From: Bacteroidota bacterium | GTDB lineage: Bacteria; Bacteroidota; Bacteroidia; Bacteroidales; UBA12077 | Assembly: GCA_051746885.1 (NCBI GenBank) | Contig: JBNJFN010000002.1 | Coordinates: 1-36,187, forward strand | DNA: 36,187 bases | Reading direction: 5' to 3' | Position numbers and translations under genes: made by a program | Shown here: positions 9,992 to 20,669 of the stretch, piece after piece | Layout of the letters: each line of letters starts with the position of its first letter | Position numbering within the stretch: the first letter of the stretch is position 1 | The notes under the pieces: generated by a model | Databases searched by the model: none | What the model saw: the letters and a program-made list of their open reading frames with translations, nothing else | What the model was told of the DNA's origin: nothing

Positions 9992-11461
9992 ATTGTCATC
10001 CTGCTTCTTTTCTGAATCTTGTTTCTTCCTTAGCAGGAACAATCCGATCAGCGTAAAGAATCCATTAATGATTAAAATTTCAAAACCGAACTGGTAACCG
10101 TTGAAAAGGGTTTCCGAATTGAAGCTAAGAATACCGCAAAGGATGGGAGAGAGCACAGCTACAAAGGGAACCCATTTGTCTCTTACTTTGTATTTCGTAA
10201 AAAGGCCAAAGGTATAAAGCCCCAACAGGGGACCATAGGTATATCCTGCCACCGTGAACAAGGCTGATATTACTGCCCTGTCATTGATTGCATTAAAGAT
10301 AAGGATGATGATGACCAAAACAATTGACATGCCTACATGTACTTTTTTTCTGAGGCGTCTGAGTGGCTTTTCTTCCATGCCTTTTGTGTTAAGGATATCT
10401 ACAGTAAAGGAGGTGGTAAGGGCAGTGAGTGCTGAATCAGCGCTTGAATAGGCTGCGGCTACAATACCGATCAGGAAGAATATTCCTACTGCCGGAGTTA
10501 AATACCCTTGTGTAGCAATGATGGGAAACAGGTCATCTGACTGGTCGGGTAGGGGTATGCCTTCTCTTTTGGCATAGATGATCAGCAAGGCCCCCAGGGA
10601 CATGAACATGAGATTCACAGGAATCAGGGCCACGCTGAACCAGTACATGTTCTTTTTGGCATCCTTTATGTTACGGCAACTCAGGTTCTTCTGCATCATA
10701 TCCTGGTCAAGGCCGGTCATGGTAATGGCAATAAATGCTCCTGAAAAGAATTGCTTGATGAAATGGTATTCACCGTTCCAGTTGTCAAAGAAGAATATTT
10801 TGGAATAACCGCTGTCAGAAATGGTGTTTACCATGCCCGAAAAGCTCATGTTCAGTTCCTGGGTGATCATGTAAACCGTAATACCCACAGCAGTGAGCAT
10901 GAATAATGTCTGGAGGCTGTCGGTCCAGATAATGGTACGAATACCACCCTTAAAAGTATATAGCCAGATCAACAGAATTGTAATCACAACAGTAGCTTCA
11001 AAAGGAATGTTCCATTGATTGAAAAGCGTTATTTGAAGTACGTTTGCAATAATGAAAAGCCGAAATGCAGCGCCTATTGTTCTGGAGAGCATAAAGAAAG
11101 AGGCTCCTGCTTTGTAAGAGTTTGTCCCGAAACGTTTTTCCAGGTAGGTGTATATAGAAGTGAGATTTAATCTGTAATACATAGGCATCAGCACATTGGC
11201 AATAATAAAATACCCCAGAAGATATCCCAAAACAATCTGCATGTAGGAAAAACTGCTGTTCATTACATATCCTGGAACAGAGATGAAAGTAACTCCGGAA
11301 AGGGTGGCACTTATCATGCCGAATGCTACGATGTACCATGGGGATTTACGGTTGCCGAGAAAGAAGGTTAAATTGGTGGCATTCTTGCCAGTGATGTAGG
11401 AAATAACCAATAGCAGGGCAAAATATCCGATGATGATGGTGAGTACTGTTGTTGGATCCAT
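9983..11461 (-). CDS. Sodium:solute symporter family (SSF/SLC5-like) transporter
   Basis: Polytopic ORF of about 13 TM segments with SSF-like content. The start is chosen at MDPTTVLTIIIGYF (ATG 11461) rather than the 14-codon upstream extension to 11503. Confidence 0.75.
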   Translation of the reverse strand: MDPTTVLTIIIGYFALLLVISYITGKNATNLTFFLGNRKSPWYIVAFGMISATLSGVTFISVPGYVMNSSFSYMQIVLGYLLGYFIIANVLMPMYYRLNLTSIYTYLEKRFGTNSYKAGASFFMLSRTIGAAFRLFIIANVLQITLFNQWNIPFEATVVITILLIWLYTFKGGIRTIIWTDSLQTLFMLTAVGITVYMITQELNMSFSGMVNTISDSGYSKIFFFDNWNGEYHFIKQFFSGAFIAITMTGLDQDMMQKNLSCRNIKDAKKNMYWFSVALIPVNLMFMSLGALLIIYAKREGIPLPDQSDDLFPIIATQGYLTPAVGIFFLIGIVAAAYSSADSALTALTTSFTVDILNTKGMEEKPLRRLRKKVHVGMSIVLVIIILIFNAINDRAVISALFTVAGYTYGPLLGLYTFGLFTKYKVRDKWVPFVAVLSPILCGILSFNSETLFNGYQFGFEILIINGFFTLIGLFLLRKKQDSEKKQDDNLN

Positions 11462-11606
11462 GGCCTGTGATTTGTAAATTATAAAACCGAAAGCAGGGCA
11501 CAAGAATAATAAAAAAATAATAAAATGAATCGGTGAAAAGTAGGAAAAGTTGCCCCAGTATTTGACAGGATATTTTTAATTTTGAGCTAAAATTTCAGAG
11601 GACTTC

Positions 11607-12233
11607 ATGGAGCTTGAAAATTTTTCTTCAAAACTGTTGAAAGAAGCTGTGGATGAGTTTGCCAAACTGCCTGGAATTGGGAGTAAAACAGCTTTGAGGC
11701 TGGTTTTGCATTTGTTGAACCGGGATAAAGAGGAAGTGAATCAGTTTGGGAATACCATCATTAAACTTCGCAATGAGATAAGAAGGTGTAAGTCATGTAA
11801 TATGATTTCAGATAATGAACTTTGCCCGGTATGTTCTGACAACACCAGGGATCATTCATTGGTTTGTGTGGTGGAAAACAGCCGGGATGTAATGGCCATC
11901 GAAAGCACCCATCAATATCAAGGTGTTTACCATGTGCTGGGAGGTATCATATCTCCTATGGATGGTATAGGACCAAGTGATTTAAATATTGAAAATTTAC
12001 AAAACAAAATTGAGGATAATATCGTACAAGAGATCGTGCTTGCATTAAGTACAACTATGGAAGGAGATACGACAAACTTCTTTCTTTATAAAAGGTTCAG
12101 GGATTATCCGGTCAAGATAACCACCATTGCCAGGGGGATATCTGTCGGTAATGATCTTGAGTTTGCAGATGAACTAACTTTGGGTAAATCGATCGTCAAC
12201 AGGACCTTATTTGAAAATACTTTGTCATCGTAA
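11607..12233 (+). CDS. recR: Recombination protein RecR
   Basis: 208 aa with a helix-hairpin-helix N-terminus (LPGIGSKTALRL), a C4 zinc finger (CKSCNMISDNELCPVC) and a Toprim region (VCVVENSRDVMAIE). Confidence 0.95.
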   Translation: MELENFSSKLLKEAVDEFAKLPGIGSKTALRLVLHLLNRDKEEVNQFGNTIIKLRNEIRRCKSCNMISDNELCPVCSDNTRDHSLVCVVENSRDVMAIESTHQYQGVYHVLGGIISPMDGIGPSDLNIENLQNKIEDNIVQEIVLALSTTMEGDTTNFFLYKRFRDYPVKITTIARGISVGNDLEFADELTLGKSIVNRTLFENTLSS

Positions 12234-12251
12234 TAAAAACAGATTGAATTT

Positions 12252-13010
12252 ATGAATTGGAACCGTCTCACATCTATTACTTTATGCTTTTTTGTTGGAT
12301 TTTTTTTATTGAGTTATACAGGTTATTCTCAAAATGCGATAGATTCCATAATGGAATTGGGAGATGATCTGGTAGACATGGATGATTATGAAGCAGCGGA
12401 AGATAAGTACGATCAGGCTCTTGAAATAGACGAAAATTATGTTCCGGCTTTAAAAGCCAAGGTAAGAGTATTGCTTCTAAGGGATAAGTATAATAAGGCT
12501 AAAAGACTAGCTGAGAATTCGTTGGAAGAGCATGGTGATCAACCTGCTTTTTATTTATATCTCGGTGAAGCATCGATTGATAAAGAACGTTACGAGCAAG
12601 CCATGGATTATCTAAAGGATGCATTGGAATTGGTGGATGAGAAGAATACGGAATTGTTGAACAGAATTTATGTTAAGCTGGGAGCCGCTTATCAAAAGCT
12701 GGAGAATTATGAAGATGCCTTGGAGAATTATTCAAAAGCTTTGGATATTGAACAAACCAATCCGAGTGTATTTTTATACCGGGGGAATATATACTATAAG
12801 AGGGAAGATTATGAAAATGCCCTGGCTGATTTTAAAAAAGTTTTGGAGCTTGATCCCAGCAATCATTTAGCCCAATATAATCTTGGAATGTGTTATTTCA
12901 GACAAGGCGACAAAACGAATGCCTGCGATGCCTTCCACAATGCGTGTGAAAATGGGAATAAAAATGCTTGTAGAATGGTTGTTTCCAAATGTTTGAGAGA
13001 TAGCGAATAG
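12252..13010 (+). CDS. Tetratricopeptide-repeat protein, membrane-anchored or secreted
   Basis: 252 aa with a hydrophobic N-terminus and repeated TPR-like A..Y..AL....P helices (YEDALENYSKALDIEQTNP, YENALADFKKVLELDPSN). The C-terminus is Cys-rich (CDAFHNACENGNKNACRMVVSKC). Confidence 0.75.
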   Translation: MNWNRLTSITLCFFVGFFLLSYTGYSQNAIDSIMELGDDLVDMDDYEAAEDKYDQALEIDENYVPALKAKVRVLLLRDKYNKAKRLAENSLEEHGDQPAFYLYLGEASIDKERYEQAMDYLKDALELVDEKNTELLNRIYVKLGAAYQKLENYEDALENYSKALDIEQTNPSVFLYRGNIYYKREDYENALADFKKVLELDPSNHLAQYNLGMCYFRQGDKTNACDAFHNACENGNKNACRMVVSKCLRDSE

Positions 13011-13205
13011 CAATAATTCTATTATTTTCCTTTAAAGTGGCTGATTGATCTCAAATAGTATTTTAAAGCGGGGAGCAACTGAAGCGGCTACAAGGGTTTT
13101 TCAAAGTAAAATCACCGGTGGCTGCGGCTATCGTGCATGCATCAGGCATAGGGTGTTCTGGTATAGGAATATATAAACTATCCGGACCGGGCTTAATGAT
13201 TGGGT

Positions 13206-15623
13206 TTAAAATTCAACGATTATGCCGATAGAAGGCAGAATATTCCCTGATTCTTCAACTTCCAGTTGTTTTAATACATATCGATCCGGGTTGTTCGGAG
13301 CGATCAAAGGCTCTCCCTCTTTATTTGTTTTTCTTATGAGGACAGGGGACTCATCTGCTGTAAAATTATATACATTTTGCACATCAAGATACAACATCAG
13401 CGACCAGTTATCAAAGAAATATTGCTTGTCAACTCTGAGATCCAGTTGATGAAAGGAGTTTAATCTTTTGGAATTTAGTCGTTCGTAGTCTGGATAGGCT
13501 CTGCCTCTGGCATCCCATGCAAATATTTGGGCAGATTTTTGCCTGTCGAGAGGAGTATAAGGAGAACCTCCCACGAATCTCCATTTCAGTCCGAGTTGCC
13601 AGTTATTTTTAAATTCCCTGGTTGTGGTCAGGTTAAGCAGATGCCTGTTATCCCATGAAGAAGGAAGATAATTACCAGTAACCTCAAGCTGATTGTTGAG
13701 CTCTCTGAATTCACTTCTTACATAGGTATAGGAAAGGATCACATTGAGATCGAAAAGATTCTGATGGCGAAAAAGCAGTTCCAGTCCATAGGCTCTGCCT
13801 TCTGCAACAGACTTAACTTCTTCATCGCCGTAGGAACCGAAATCAGCACCTTTATTGGCTATGGAGATGGAATCGTCCAGCGAAAAGGGATAGTTGTTAT
13901 ACTTTTTGTAGAAGCCTTCAATGCTTATTTTTGATTCATCATCAGGCAGGAATTGAAAACCTCCCACCAGATGGTCGGCAGAAATGTATTTCAGTCCGTT
14001 TTGCTTGTTGATCTGTTCTCCTTGTTGATTGCTAAAGCCCAGTGTGGTATAAGGGGGCAATTGATAATAGCGACCGGTATTGAAATTAAACGACCATTTG
14101 GGTGTAAATTGGTAGGAGAGAGAGAATCTGGGCGAAGCCTGATCAATCAGGTTGTCCATGCTTTCGGAGTAATTGTTGGCATCGGCCCGGATGCCAAGTG
14201 AAAGTGACAATTTCTCATTAAAATAGCTTTTGCTGATCTGTCCGAACACATTCCACTGAAAAAAATTCAGCGTACTGTTATAGTCGATGGTAAAGGGCTT
14301 ACCTCCTACAAAGGATTTTCTGAAAGTGTTGTTGGTATAGTTTGCATATTCAATGCCTAAACCGGTATTAATCCTGTAGCCATTGGTGATTGTGGTATTT
14401 TCATACCGAAACTTTGTCTCCGCTTCCTCGGAAGTATAATCCAAACGCTTAAGAGAGTCCACCTCCTGATTGTTTTGATATTTATAAGACCTGTTTCTCA
14501 GATAATTCCGGCTCAATACCCAGGTGTCATTCCCGTTCTCTCTATAGTGTTTATAAACCGCTCCTATGGTATAGTTGCGCTGAGTGTTCACAGGAATATA
14601 GTCGAGGATATATTGCTGCGATTCGGTATCGTTGGCATCTGTATTGAGATCAAAATCATCAATGGCTCCCAGCCCGATCAGACTGAGTTCGTTTTTATCA
14701 TTCAGTCGGGTTTTGGATTTGAACTGAAAATCATTGAAGGTGGGAAGGAAAGGTAGCTCAAGTGCCTTAAACAGCAACTGAAGATATGACCGGCGTGCCG
14801 AAAAAACAAAGGTGGTATTGTCACTAATGGGTCCGTCAAAAGTCAGGGAAGCTTCGGAAGCACCTATGGATCCCTGAACTTCAACATTATCTTTGTTTCC
14901 GTTGATTTGCTTAAGATCTAAGACTGAACTTAAAGCATCACTCCGGTTGGCCGGGAATGCGCCTGAATAGAAATCAACTTCCCTGATAAAATCAACGTTG
15001 ATGATCCCCACAGGCCCTCCAGAAGCACCTTGGGTTGCAAAATGGTTGATATTGGGAATTTCTACTTCATCCAGATAAAAACTGTTTTCACTGGGACCTC
15101 CGCCCCTGACAATGATATCATTTCTGAATGAAACGCTGGAACCAACTCCGGGGAAAGATTGGATTACCCTTGAAATATCCCTGTTGGCGCCGGGATTTTT
15201 TTCGATCTGTTCTACACCAATGCGACGCAATGAAACCGGACTTTCCTTGTCCAAACGAAAAGGGGAAGCTGTAATCACCACCTCTCCAATTTCTTCGCTC
15301 TTTTCATTCAGAGGTATATCAATATAAACAGGTTTGGCGTTGGTCACCATAAACGATTCGGTAATATAGGTTTCATATCCCACTGAGGAGACTTTTAGCT
15401 TAACATAACCTGGCTCTAACCCCGTAAATTTGAACTCACCGTCAAAATCGGACGCCGATCCGATATCGGTTTGCCGGATGATTATGTTGGCATAGGGAAC
15501 AGGCTCATTATTTTTAGCATTGTAGATCTTACCCTTGATTACTCCATTTCCCGACTGTGCAAAAGTATTTATTCCGGTTCCAAGGAAAAAGAACAACAAT
15601 ACCAATGATGTGATTCGGTTCAT
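13206..15623 (-). CDS. TonB-dependent receptor with CarboxypepD_reg-like N-terminal domain
   Basis: 805 aa with a signal peptide and an N-terminal GKIYNAKNNEPVPYANIII...DGEFKFTGLEPGYVKLKVSSVGYE domain. It also has a plug-like region, a long beta-rich barrel and a terminal aromatic residue (..IIVEF). Confidence 0.85.
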   Translation of the reverse strand: MNRITSLVLLFFFLGTGINTFAQSGNGVIKGKIYNAKNNEPVPYANIIIRQTDIGSASDFDGEFKFTGLEPGYVKLKVSSVGYETYITESFMVTNAKPVYIDIPLNEKSEEIGEVVITASPFRLDKESPVSLRRIGVEQIEKNPGANRDISRVIQSFPGVGSSVSFRNDIIVRGGGPSENSFYLDEVEIPNINHFATQGASGGPVGIINVDFIREVDFYSGAFPANRSDALSSVLDLKQINGNKDNVEVQGSIGASEASLTFDGPISDNTTFVFSARRSYLQLLFKALELPFLPTFNDFQFKSKTRLNDKNELSLIGLGAIDDFDLNTDANDTESQQYILDYIPVNTQRNYTIGAVYKHYRENGNDTWVLSRNYLRNRSYKYQNNQEVDSLKRLDYTSEEAETKFRYENTTITNGYRINTGLGIEYANYTNNTFRKSFVGGKPFTIDYNSTLNFFQWNVFGQISKSYFNEKLSLSLGIRADANNYSESMDNLIDQASPRFSLSYQFTPKWSFNFNTGRYYQLPPYTTLGFSNQQGEQINKQNGLKYISADHLVGGFQFLPDDESKISIEGFYKKYNNYPFSLDDSISIANKGADFGSYGDEEVKSVAEGRAYGLELLFRHQNLFDLNVILSYTYVRSEFRELNNQLEVTGNYLPSSWDNRHLLNLTTTREFKNNWQLGLKWRFVGGSPYTPLDRQKSAQIFAWDARGRAYPDYERLNSKRLNSFHQLDLRVDKQYFFDNWSLMLYLDVQNVYNFTADESPVLIRKTNKEGEPLIAPNNPDRYVLKQLEVEESGNILPSIGIIVEF

Positions 15624-15793
15624 ACTTCTTGTTGCTAATTTAGTTTGTCAACAAGGAAGAATCCATTTTGTTTAAACATTATATAAAAAAAATAAACAAC
15701 CATTGGGTTCATATACTCTTTACAGAGAAAAGTCTATTGAGATATCGTTTTAACATGAACTGATTCAGCAGGTTTCTTATATTGAAAATAAAA

Positions 15794-15826
15794 AGCGGGA
15801 AACGCATACTTATTACGTTTCCCGCT
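15794..15826 (-). terminator. Intrinsic terminator hairpin downstream of the repeat-protein gene
   Basis: AGCGGGAAACG - 11 nt loop - CGTTTCCCGCT forms a perfect 11-bp stem. On the minus strand it is followed by TTTTATTTTC. It lies 49 nt past the stop at 15875. Confidence 0.7.
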
Positions 15827-15874
15827 GAATGGAAAATTATATTTTCAGACTTGTTGTTATTCCTGAAATTTCAT

Positions 15875-16885
15875 TTATTCTTCCTCTTTTTTCTCTAATT
15901 CCGGTTCCTTCATTGAATATCTCATTCTCCTTTTAAGTGCCCACTCCTGATCATTATTATCCCACCGATAGGTGAGTTCTTCCTTCAATTCGCCTTCGTC
16001 GTTGTATTTAAATTCCAATTGTCTTTTGTTATTCCATTCTTCCGAAGCATAGTCATAATGCTGCAGTATTTCGCTCGATTTATTTTTCTTCTTGTAATCT
16101 ATCAGATACCGGATTCCCTTGATGTAGTCTTCTATACTTTCGTTCCACGTAGCCCGGCTTTCCATTGTCTTTTGTCCTCTGCTATTGTGTTTCAAATTAT
16201 ACCGGCCTTTTTTTTGCCACTCCTGGGCGCTTCTGTTCCACCCCTCAACAAGGGCTGCATGTGGATGTCTGGATCCATCATACTGAAAGAGATATCTTTG
16301 ATGATTGTACCATTTATCCTCATCCGGTTCATAAGCTTTGATCTCGATATTGCTTTCTTCACCCCTTCTGTTATAATCGATTAAATATCTGGTAGTATTA
16401 ACCCACTGCCCGACTGCTTTTTTCCATTCCTGGTAAAGTACCTCACTCTTATTGCCTTCCTCGTCGTAAGTCAGGGTTCTGAGCTCCAGGTTAACCCAGT
16501 CGGTCCTTGTCGTATCCCATTCCTGGTCAAGAACTTCCACTGGTTCCTCTATGCTGTTATAACTCTTAATCGTTCTTTCATGATTAATGAATTCATATTT
16601 CGCGGGATCCCATCTTTGATTCAGTTCAGCAAGCAACTGTTGGTTTTCCTTGAAGAATTTCAGATTTCTTCCGTAAAGATCCCATTTACTCGAATCCTGA
16701 TTCCATTCCCAGGTATATGAAGTATCAATATTTTCCAATCCTACCCGTTTGATAAGAGAATCTCTTCTGTATACCTCTTCATCAATTTCTTCCTGAGCTG
16801 CTACTGGCTTGCCTGTCAAAGTAAAAAAGACGATTGCCATTGCAATCCCAAATACGTACTTTAAGATTTGATTGTATTTTATCAT
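15875..16885 (-). CDS. Secreted hypothetical protein built of about nine 31-residue W..W..Y[DN]..G repeats
   Basis: 336 aa with an N-terminal signal/anchor (VFGIAMAIVFFTLTGKPVAAQ). The body repeats with 31-aa period, for example QEWDTTRTDWVNLELRTLTYDEEGNKSEVLY and QEWKKAVGQWVNTTRYLIDYNRRGEESNIEI. Confidence 0.7.
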   Translation of the reverse strand: MIKYNQILKYVFGIAMAIVFFTLTGKPVAAQEEIDEEVYRRDSLIKRVGLENIDTSYTWEWNQDSSKWDLYGRNLKFFKENQQLLAELNQRWDPAKYEFINHERTIKSYNSIEEPVEVLDQEWDTTRTDWVNLELRTLTYDEEGNKSEVLYQEWKKAVGQWVNTTRYLIDYNRRGEESNIEIKAYEPDEDKWYNHQRYLFQYDGSRHPHAALVEGWNRSAQEWQKKGRYNLKHNSRGQKTMESRATWNESIEDYIKGIRYLIDYKKKNKSSEILQHYDYASEEWNNKRQLEFKYNDEGELKEELTYRWDNNDQEWALKRRMRYSMKEPELEKKEEE

Positions 16886-16974
16886 AATAATTCTTTTTTT
16901 TATTTTTGATTTTGTTTTTTTAACGATAATATCTTACCATATATTACAAAAAAAGGTCAGAATTGTTTTTAGGT

Positions 16975-18972
16975 TTACTTAATACCTATTGATTCCAGAA
17001 ATGCGTCGTAACCGGGCTCTCTACCCAGAAATTCTCTGACCATACTGGATTCCTCCCGTGAAGCACCCTTTTCAAGCACTTCTTTTTTGAGTTTTTCACC
17101 CAACCTGGAGTTAAAATTTCCTTTCTTCCTGAACAGTGAGAACATGTCCTCAGCATAAACCTTAGCCCACATGTAACCATAGTAACCTGCGGCATAACCG
17201 TATAGATGGCCAAAGCCAGCCTCAAAATGCGTATTTTCCATATAATCAAACAAAGTGATGTTGTTTTGCAATTCTTTTACTACTTCAGTGGTACTTCTGG
17301 GATCATTATCAGGATCATAACGATCATGGAAGGTCATATCCACCATTGCATAAAATATCTGCTGGAGGATAAACAGGCCGGAATCCACATTTTTGGTATC
17401 CACCATCTTTTGATGTAGTGCTTCTGGTAAGTTTTCTTCTGTTTGATAATGTTTTGCAAATTTATTCAGAGATTCATATTCCCATGCCCAGTGTTCAAAC
17501 AGTTGAGAGGGTACTTCAACAAAATCCCTTTTTGTACTGGTTCCTGATTGTGCCGATAAGGGGGCTTTTGTCAATAAATCGTGCATCAGATGACCAAATT
17601 CATGAAAAAGGGTTACTACGTCGGAATGCGGTAATAATGAAGGAGATTGTTTTGTGGGACGTGGAAAGTTGGTTACCAGCGTGGCTGTGGGTTTCTGATA
17701 TCCTTTTTCTGTTTTTTTACCTGGAATTATAGTGAAACAAGCGGCATGATTGAATTTATTATCGCGGGGGAAAAGATCCAGGTAGAACCTTCCCCTCAGT
17801 TGATTATCCGAATATACTTCGAATAACCTGACGTCTTCATGCCATACGGAGGGATTTTTAACTTCTTTGTATTCCAGACCAAATAGCTTTCCGGCTACCT
17901 CGAACAATCCCCCGATCACCCGGTCGAGCTCAAAGAACTGCTTGACTTTTTCATCATCGAGTTGATAATCCTCTCGTAACAATAATGTTTTGTAATAAGT
18001 GGCCTCCCAGGGTTCGATTTTCTGTGGGTTACCTTTATTCTTTTGTTTCTTTTTCTCCAGTAGTTTCTCATAATCCTCCCTGGCTTTGTTATTTACCTTT
18101 TCTCTGAGGGTCTGTTCAAAATCCCAGACATTTGAAGGATTTTTTGCCATCCTGTTTTCCAGTATATAGGCAGCGTAAGATTCATAACCCAGTAAGCGGG
18201 AAAGCATTTTTCTTTTTTTCAAAAGGCTAATAAGCACTTCCAGATTCTTATCCGAGGCAATGTTTTTGAATTTTCTGGATAACTCTTTTCTTGCCCGGTC
18301 GGATTCGGAATATTTCATAAAAGGAAAGTAGGAGGGGTAGGTAAGATCAATTTTATAGTTGCCTTCATCTGTTTTTCGGGCTTGCTTGTAATCTTCGGGC
18401 AGGCCTTCCATTTCCTTCTCGCTAACAATCAACGAATCCTGATAGGAACTGATATTGGATTCGAACTGAATGCCGAGCTCTGATATTTCATCCTGGATTT
18501 TTTTGATCTGTTCACGTTTTTCCTTAGGCAATCCCAGGCCATTTTGTTCGAAATCCCGAATGGTATCGTCCAGAAACTTTTTTGCTGCTTCTTCAAGATT
18601 GATTGCTTCTTCAGTTTGGGAATAGTCCTTAATGGCCTGATAAAGCTCCACATCCATTTTGATTTTGTTTTCCAGCCTGCTTAGTTCTTTGATACTATTC
18701 AGGGATTCTTCCCGTATTTCTGCCTTGGGGTGGACATAAGCCATAAGGAAGATGGATGAGTGAACCCGCTCGAGCTCATTGATCAGATCGTCAAAACGTC
18801 TGAGTGTATTGTTATAAGTCCGTGGTTCTTTTTTGTCGTCCGTTATTTCTTTTATTATTTTTTCAACCTCCGAAGCGGTTTCTTCTTTAGCCTGTTTTAT
18901 CTGCCCGGCAGTTAGATTTTTGAAATCTATGCTTTCGTTGAATCCCGGGCAAAGCACATTACTTTTCATCAT
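16975..18972 (-). CDS. M3 family metallopeptidase (oligopeptidase A / Dcp / thimet-like)
   Basis: 665 aa with the HEFGH zinc motif (TLFHEFGHLMH) and a downstream E in VEVPSQLFE, in typical M3 layout. Confidence 0.85.
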   Translation of the reverse strand: MMKSNVLCPGFNESIDFKNLTAGQIKQAKEETASEVEKIIKEITDDKKEPRTYNNTLRRFDDLINELERVHSSIFLMAYVHPKAEIREESLNSIKELSRLENKIKMDVELYQAIKDYSQTEEAINLEEAAKKFLDDTIRDFEQNGLGLPKEKREQIKKIQDEISELGIQFESNISSYQDSLIVSEKEMEGLPEDYKQARKTDEGNYKIDLTYPSYFPFMKYSESDRARKELSRKFKNIASDKNLEVLISLLKKRKMLSRLLGYESYAAYILENRMAKNPSNVWDFEQTLREKVNNKAREDYEKLLEKKKQKNKGNPQKIEPWEATYYKTLLLREDYQLDDEKVKQFFELDRVIGGLFEVAGKLFGLEYKEVKNPSVWHEDVRLFEVYSDNQLRGRFYLDLFPRDNKFNHAACFTIIPGKKTEKGYQKPTATLVTNFPRPTKQSPSLLPHSDVVTLFHEFGHLMHDLLTKAPLSAQSGTSTKRDFVEVPSQLFEHWAWEYESLNKFAKHYQTEENLPEALHQKMVDTKNVDSGLFILQQIFYAMVDMTFHDRYDPDNDPRSTTEVVKELQNNITLFDYMENTHFEAGFGHLYGYAAGYYGYMWAKVYAEDMFSLFRKKGNFNSRLGEKLKKEVLEKGASREESSMVREFLGREPGYDAFLESIGIK

Positions 18973-19251
18973 TTTTTTAAGATTGTTTTACAGTGATAAA
19001 TAATTCTGGCAAAATTGCATATTTTACTACAAGTTACAATGAAAGGGGTTGTTGGTTCATTGTTGCTTTAAAATACCTTTGGAAACAAGCATCAGTAAAC
19101 AAAATAATGAAAAAGCTCATTCTTTTATAATCCCTTGCGTACAGTCGTTTTATTGTATATGTTAAGTAAAAAACGCTTTAATTTTTTTTATTCATAGATT
19201 AAATAAGTAATTTTGGCCTGAACTGTTTACAGAAAACAAAATTTTTCTATT

Positions 19252-20532
19252 ATGAAAAGAGACACCAAAATTTTTGATTTAATTGAACAGGAACGGCAAC
19301 GTCAGTTAAATGGGATTGAATTGATTGCATCCGAGAACTTTGTAAGCGAGCAGGTGCTCGAAGCCATGGGTTCCAGCATGACTAACAAGTATGCCGAAGG
19401 TTATCCCGGAAGAAGGTATTACGGGGGCTGCGAAGTGGTAGACCAGTCGGAACAACTCGCCATAGATCGCGTTAAAGAATTATTCAATGCGGAGTATGCC
19501 AATGTTCAGCCTCATTCCGGGGCCCAGGCCAATGCAGCCGTATTTTTGGCTACATTGAATCCGGGGGATACCCTTATGGGACTGGATCTTTCCCATGGTG
19601 GGCATTTAACCCATGGATCGCCGGTGAACCTGTCGGGTAAACTTTACCATGCTGTATCCTATAGTGTGAAAGAGGATACCGGTCTTGTCGATTACGACCA
19701 AATGGAAGAAGTGGCTAAAAAAGAGAAACCCAAACTCATTATTGGCGGTGCATCGGCTTATTCCCGTGACTGGGATTATAAGCGTATGCGGGAAATCGCC
19801 GATGAAATTGGTGCCATTTTCATGGTGGATATGGCTCATCCTGCAGGCCTCATTGCAGCCGGCCTGCTTGAAAATCCACTGGAATATGCTCATATTGTTA
19901 CTTCAACAACCCATAAAACGCTGCGCGGCCCCAGAGGTGGCATTATATTGATGGGCAAGAACTTTGAAAATCCCTGGGGAATAACAACCAAAAAGGGAAC
20001 AGTGAGAAAAATGTCAGGCCTTCTGAATTCAGCTGTATTTCCGGGCACTCAGGGTGGACCACTGGAGCATATCATTGCTGCCAAGGCAGTGGGATTTGCT
20101 GAGGCTCTTGAGCCGGAATTTAAGGAATATCAGCAACAGGTTCAGAAGAATGCCAGGGTAATGGCAGAACAATTCGAGGAGAAAGGATATAAGGTAATTT
20201 CCGGTGGAACGGATAACCATTCCATGTTGATTGATCTGCGAACAAAAGTTCCCGATATAAGCGGAAAAGATGTAGAAGATGCACTTATCAAGGCAGACAT
20301 TACCATTAACAAGAATATGGTTCCGTTTGATTCAAGACCACCGTTGAATACCTCCGGTATGCGATTGGGAACTGCGGCAATAACTACCCGGGGGATCAAG
20401 GAAGATAAAATCAAGCTGGTCGTGGAATATATTGACAACATCATTACCAATATTGAGGATGAAAATGTGATCCAGGATATCAAATGGAAGGTTCACGAAA
20501 CGATGAATCAGTATCCATTGTTTGCCTATTAA
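19252..20532 (+). CDS. glyA: Serine hydroxymethyltransferase
   Basis: 426 aa with [21 protein letters not shown] and the PLP-lysine motif [14 protein letters not shown]. Confidence 0.97.
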   Translation: MKRDTKIFDLIEQERQRQLNGIELIASENFVSEQVLEAMGSSMTNKYAEGYPGRRYYGGCEVVDQSEQLAIDRVKELFNAEYANVQPHSGAQANAAVFLATLNPGDTLMGLDLSHGGHLTHGSPVNLSGKLYHAVSYSVKEDTGLVDYDQMEEVAKKEKPKLIIGGASAYSRDWDYKRMREIADEIGAIFMVDMAHPAGLIAAGLLENPLEYAHIVTSTTHKTLRGPRGGIILMGKNFENPWGITTKKGTVRKMSGLLNSAVFPGTQGGPLEHIIAAKAVGFAEALEPEFKEYQQQVQKNARVMAEQFEEKGYKVISGGTDNHSMLIDLRTKVPDISGKDVEDALIKADITINKNMVPFDSRPPLNTSGMRLGTAAITTRGIKEDKIKLVVEYIDNIITNIEDENVIQDIKWKVHETMNQYPLFAY

Positions 20533-20558
20533 AAAAGAGGTTGGATTGTTTTATTATT

Positions 20559-20587
20559 AAGGGGGTTAGTTGGTAACCCCCTTTTTT
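20559..20587 (+). terminator. Intrinsic terminator of glyA
   Basis: AAGGGGGTTA - GTTGG - TAACCCCCTT stem-loop runs into a TTTTTT tract, 27 nt after the glyA stop. Confidence 0.8.
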
Positions 20588-20669
20588 AAATGGTATTTAT
20601 TGATTATATAGTGTCTGTCAGAATTATTTTTGAATAATTCGGGCTAAAATATTTTGAATTTATTTGAAT

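Noticed and set aside
13011-13205. Possible small RNA or tRNA in the spacer between the TPR gene and the TonB-dependent receptor
   Set aside because: I could find no cloverleaf-compatible arms, no T-loop consensus (GTTCGAATC-like) and no convincing hairpin.
18973-19251. Riboswitch or leader RNA upstream of glyA (for example ZTP or THF)
   Set aside because: The 279-bp region is AT-rich with no GC-rich conserved stems or recognisable riboswitch core sequences. It looks like a plain divergent promoter region.
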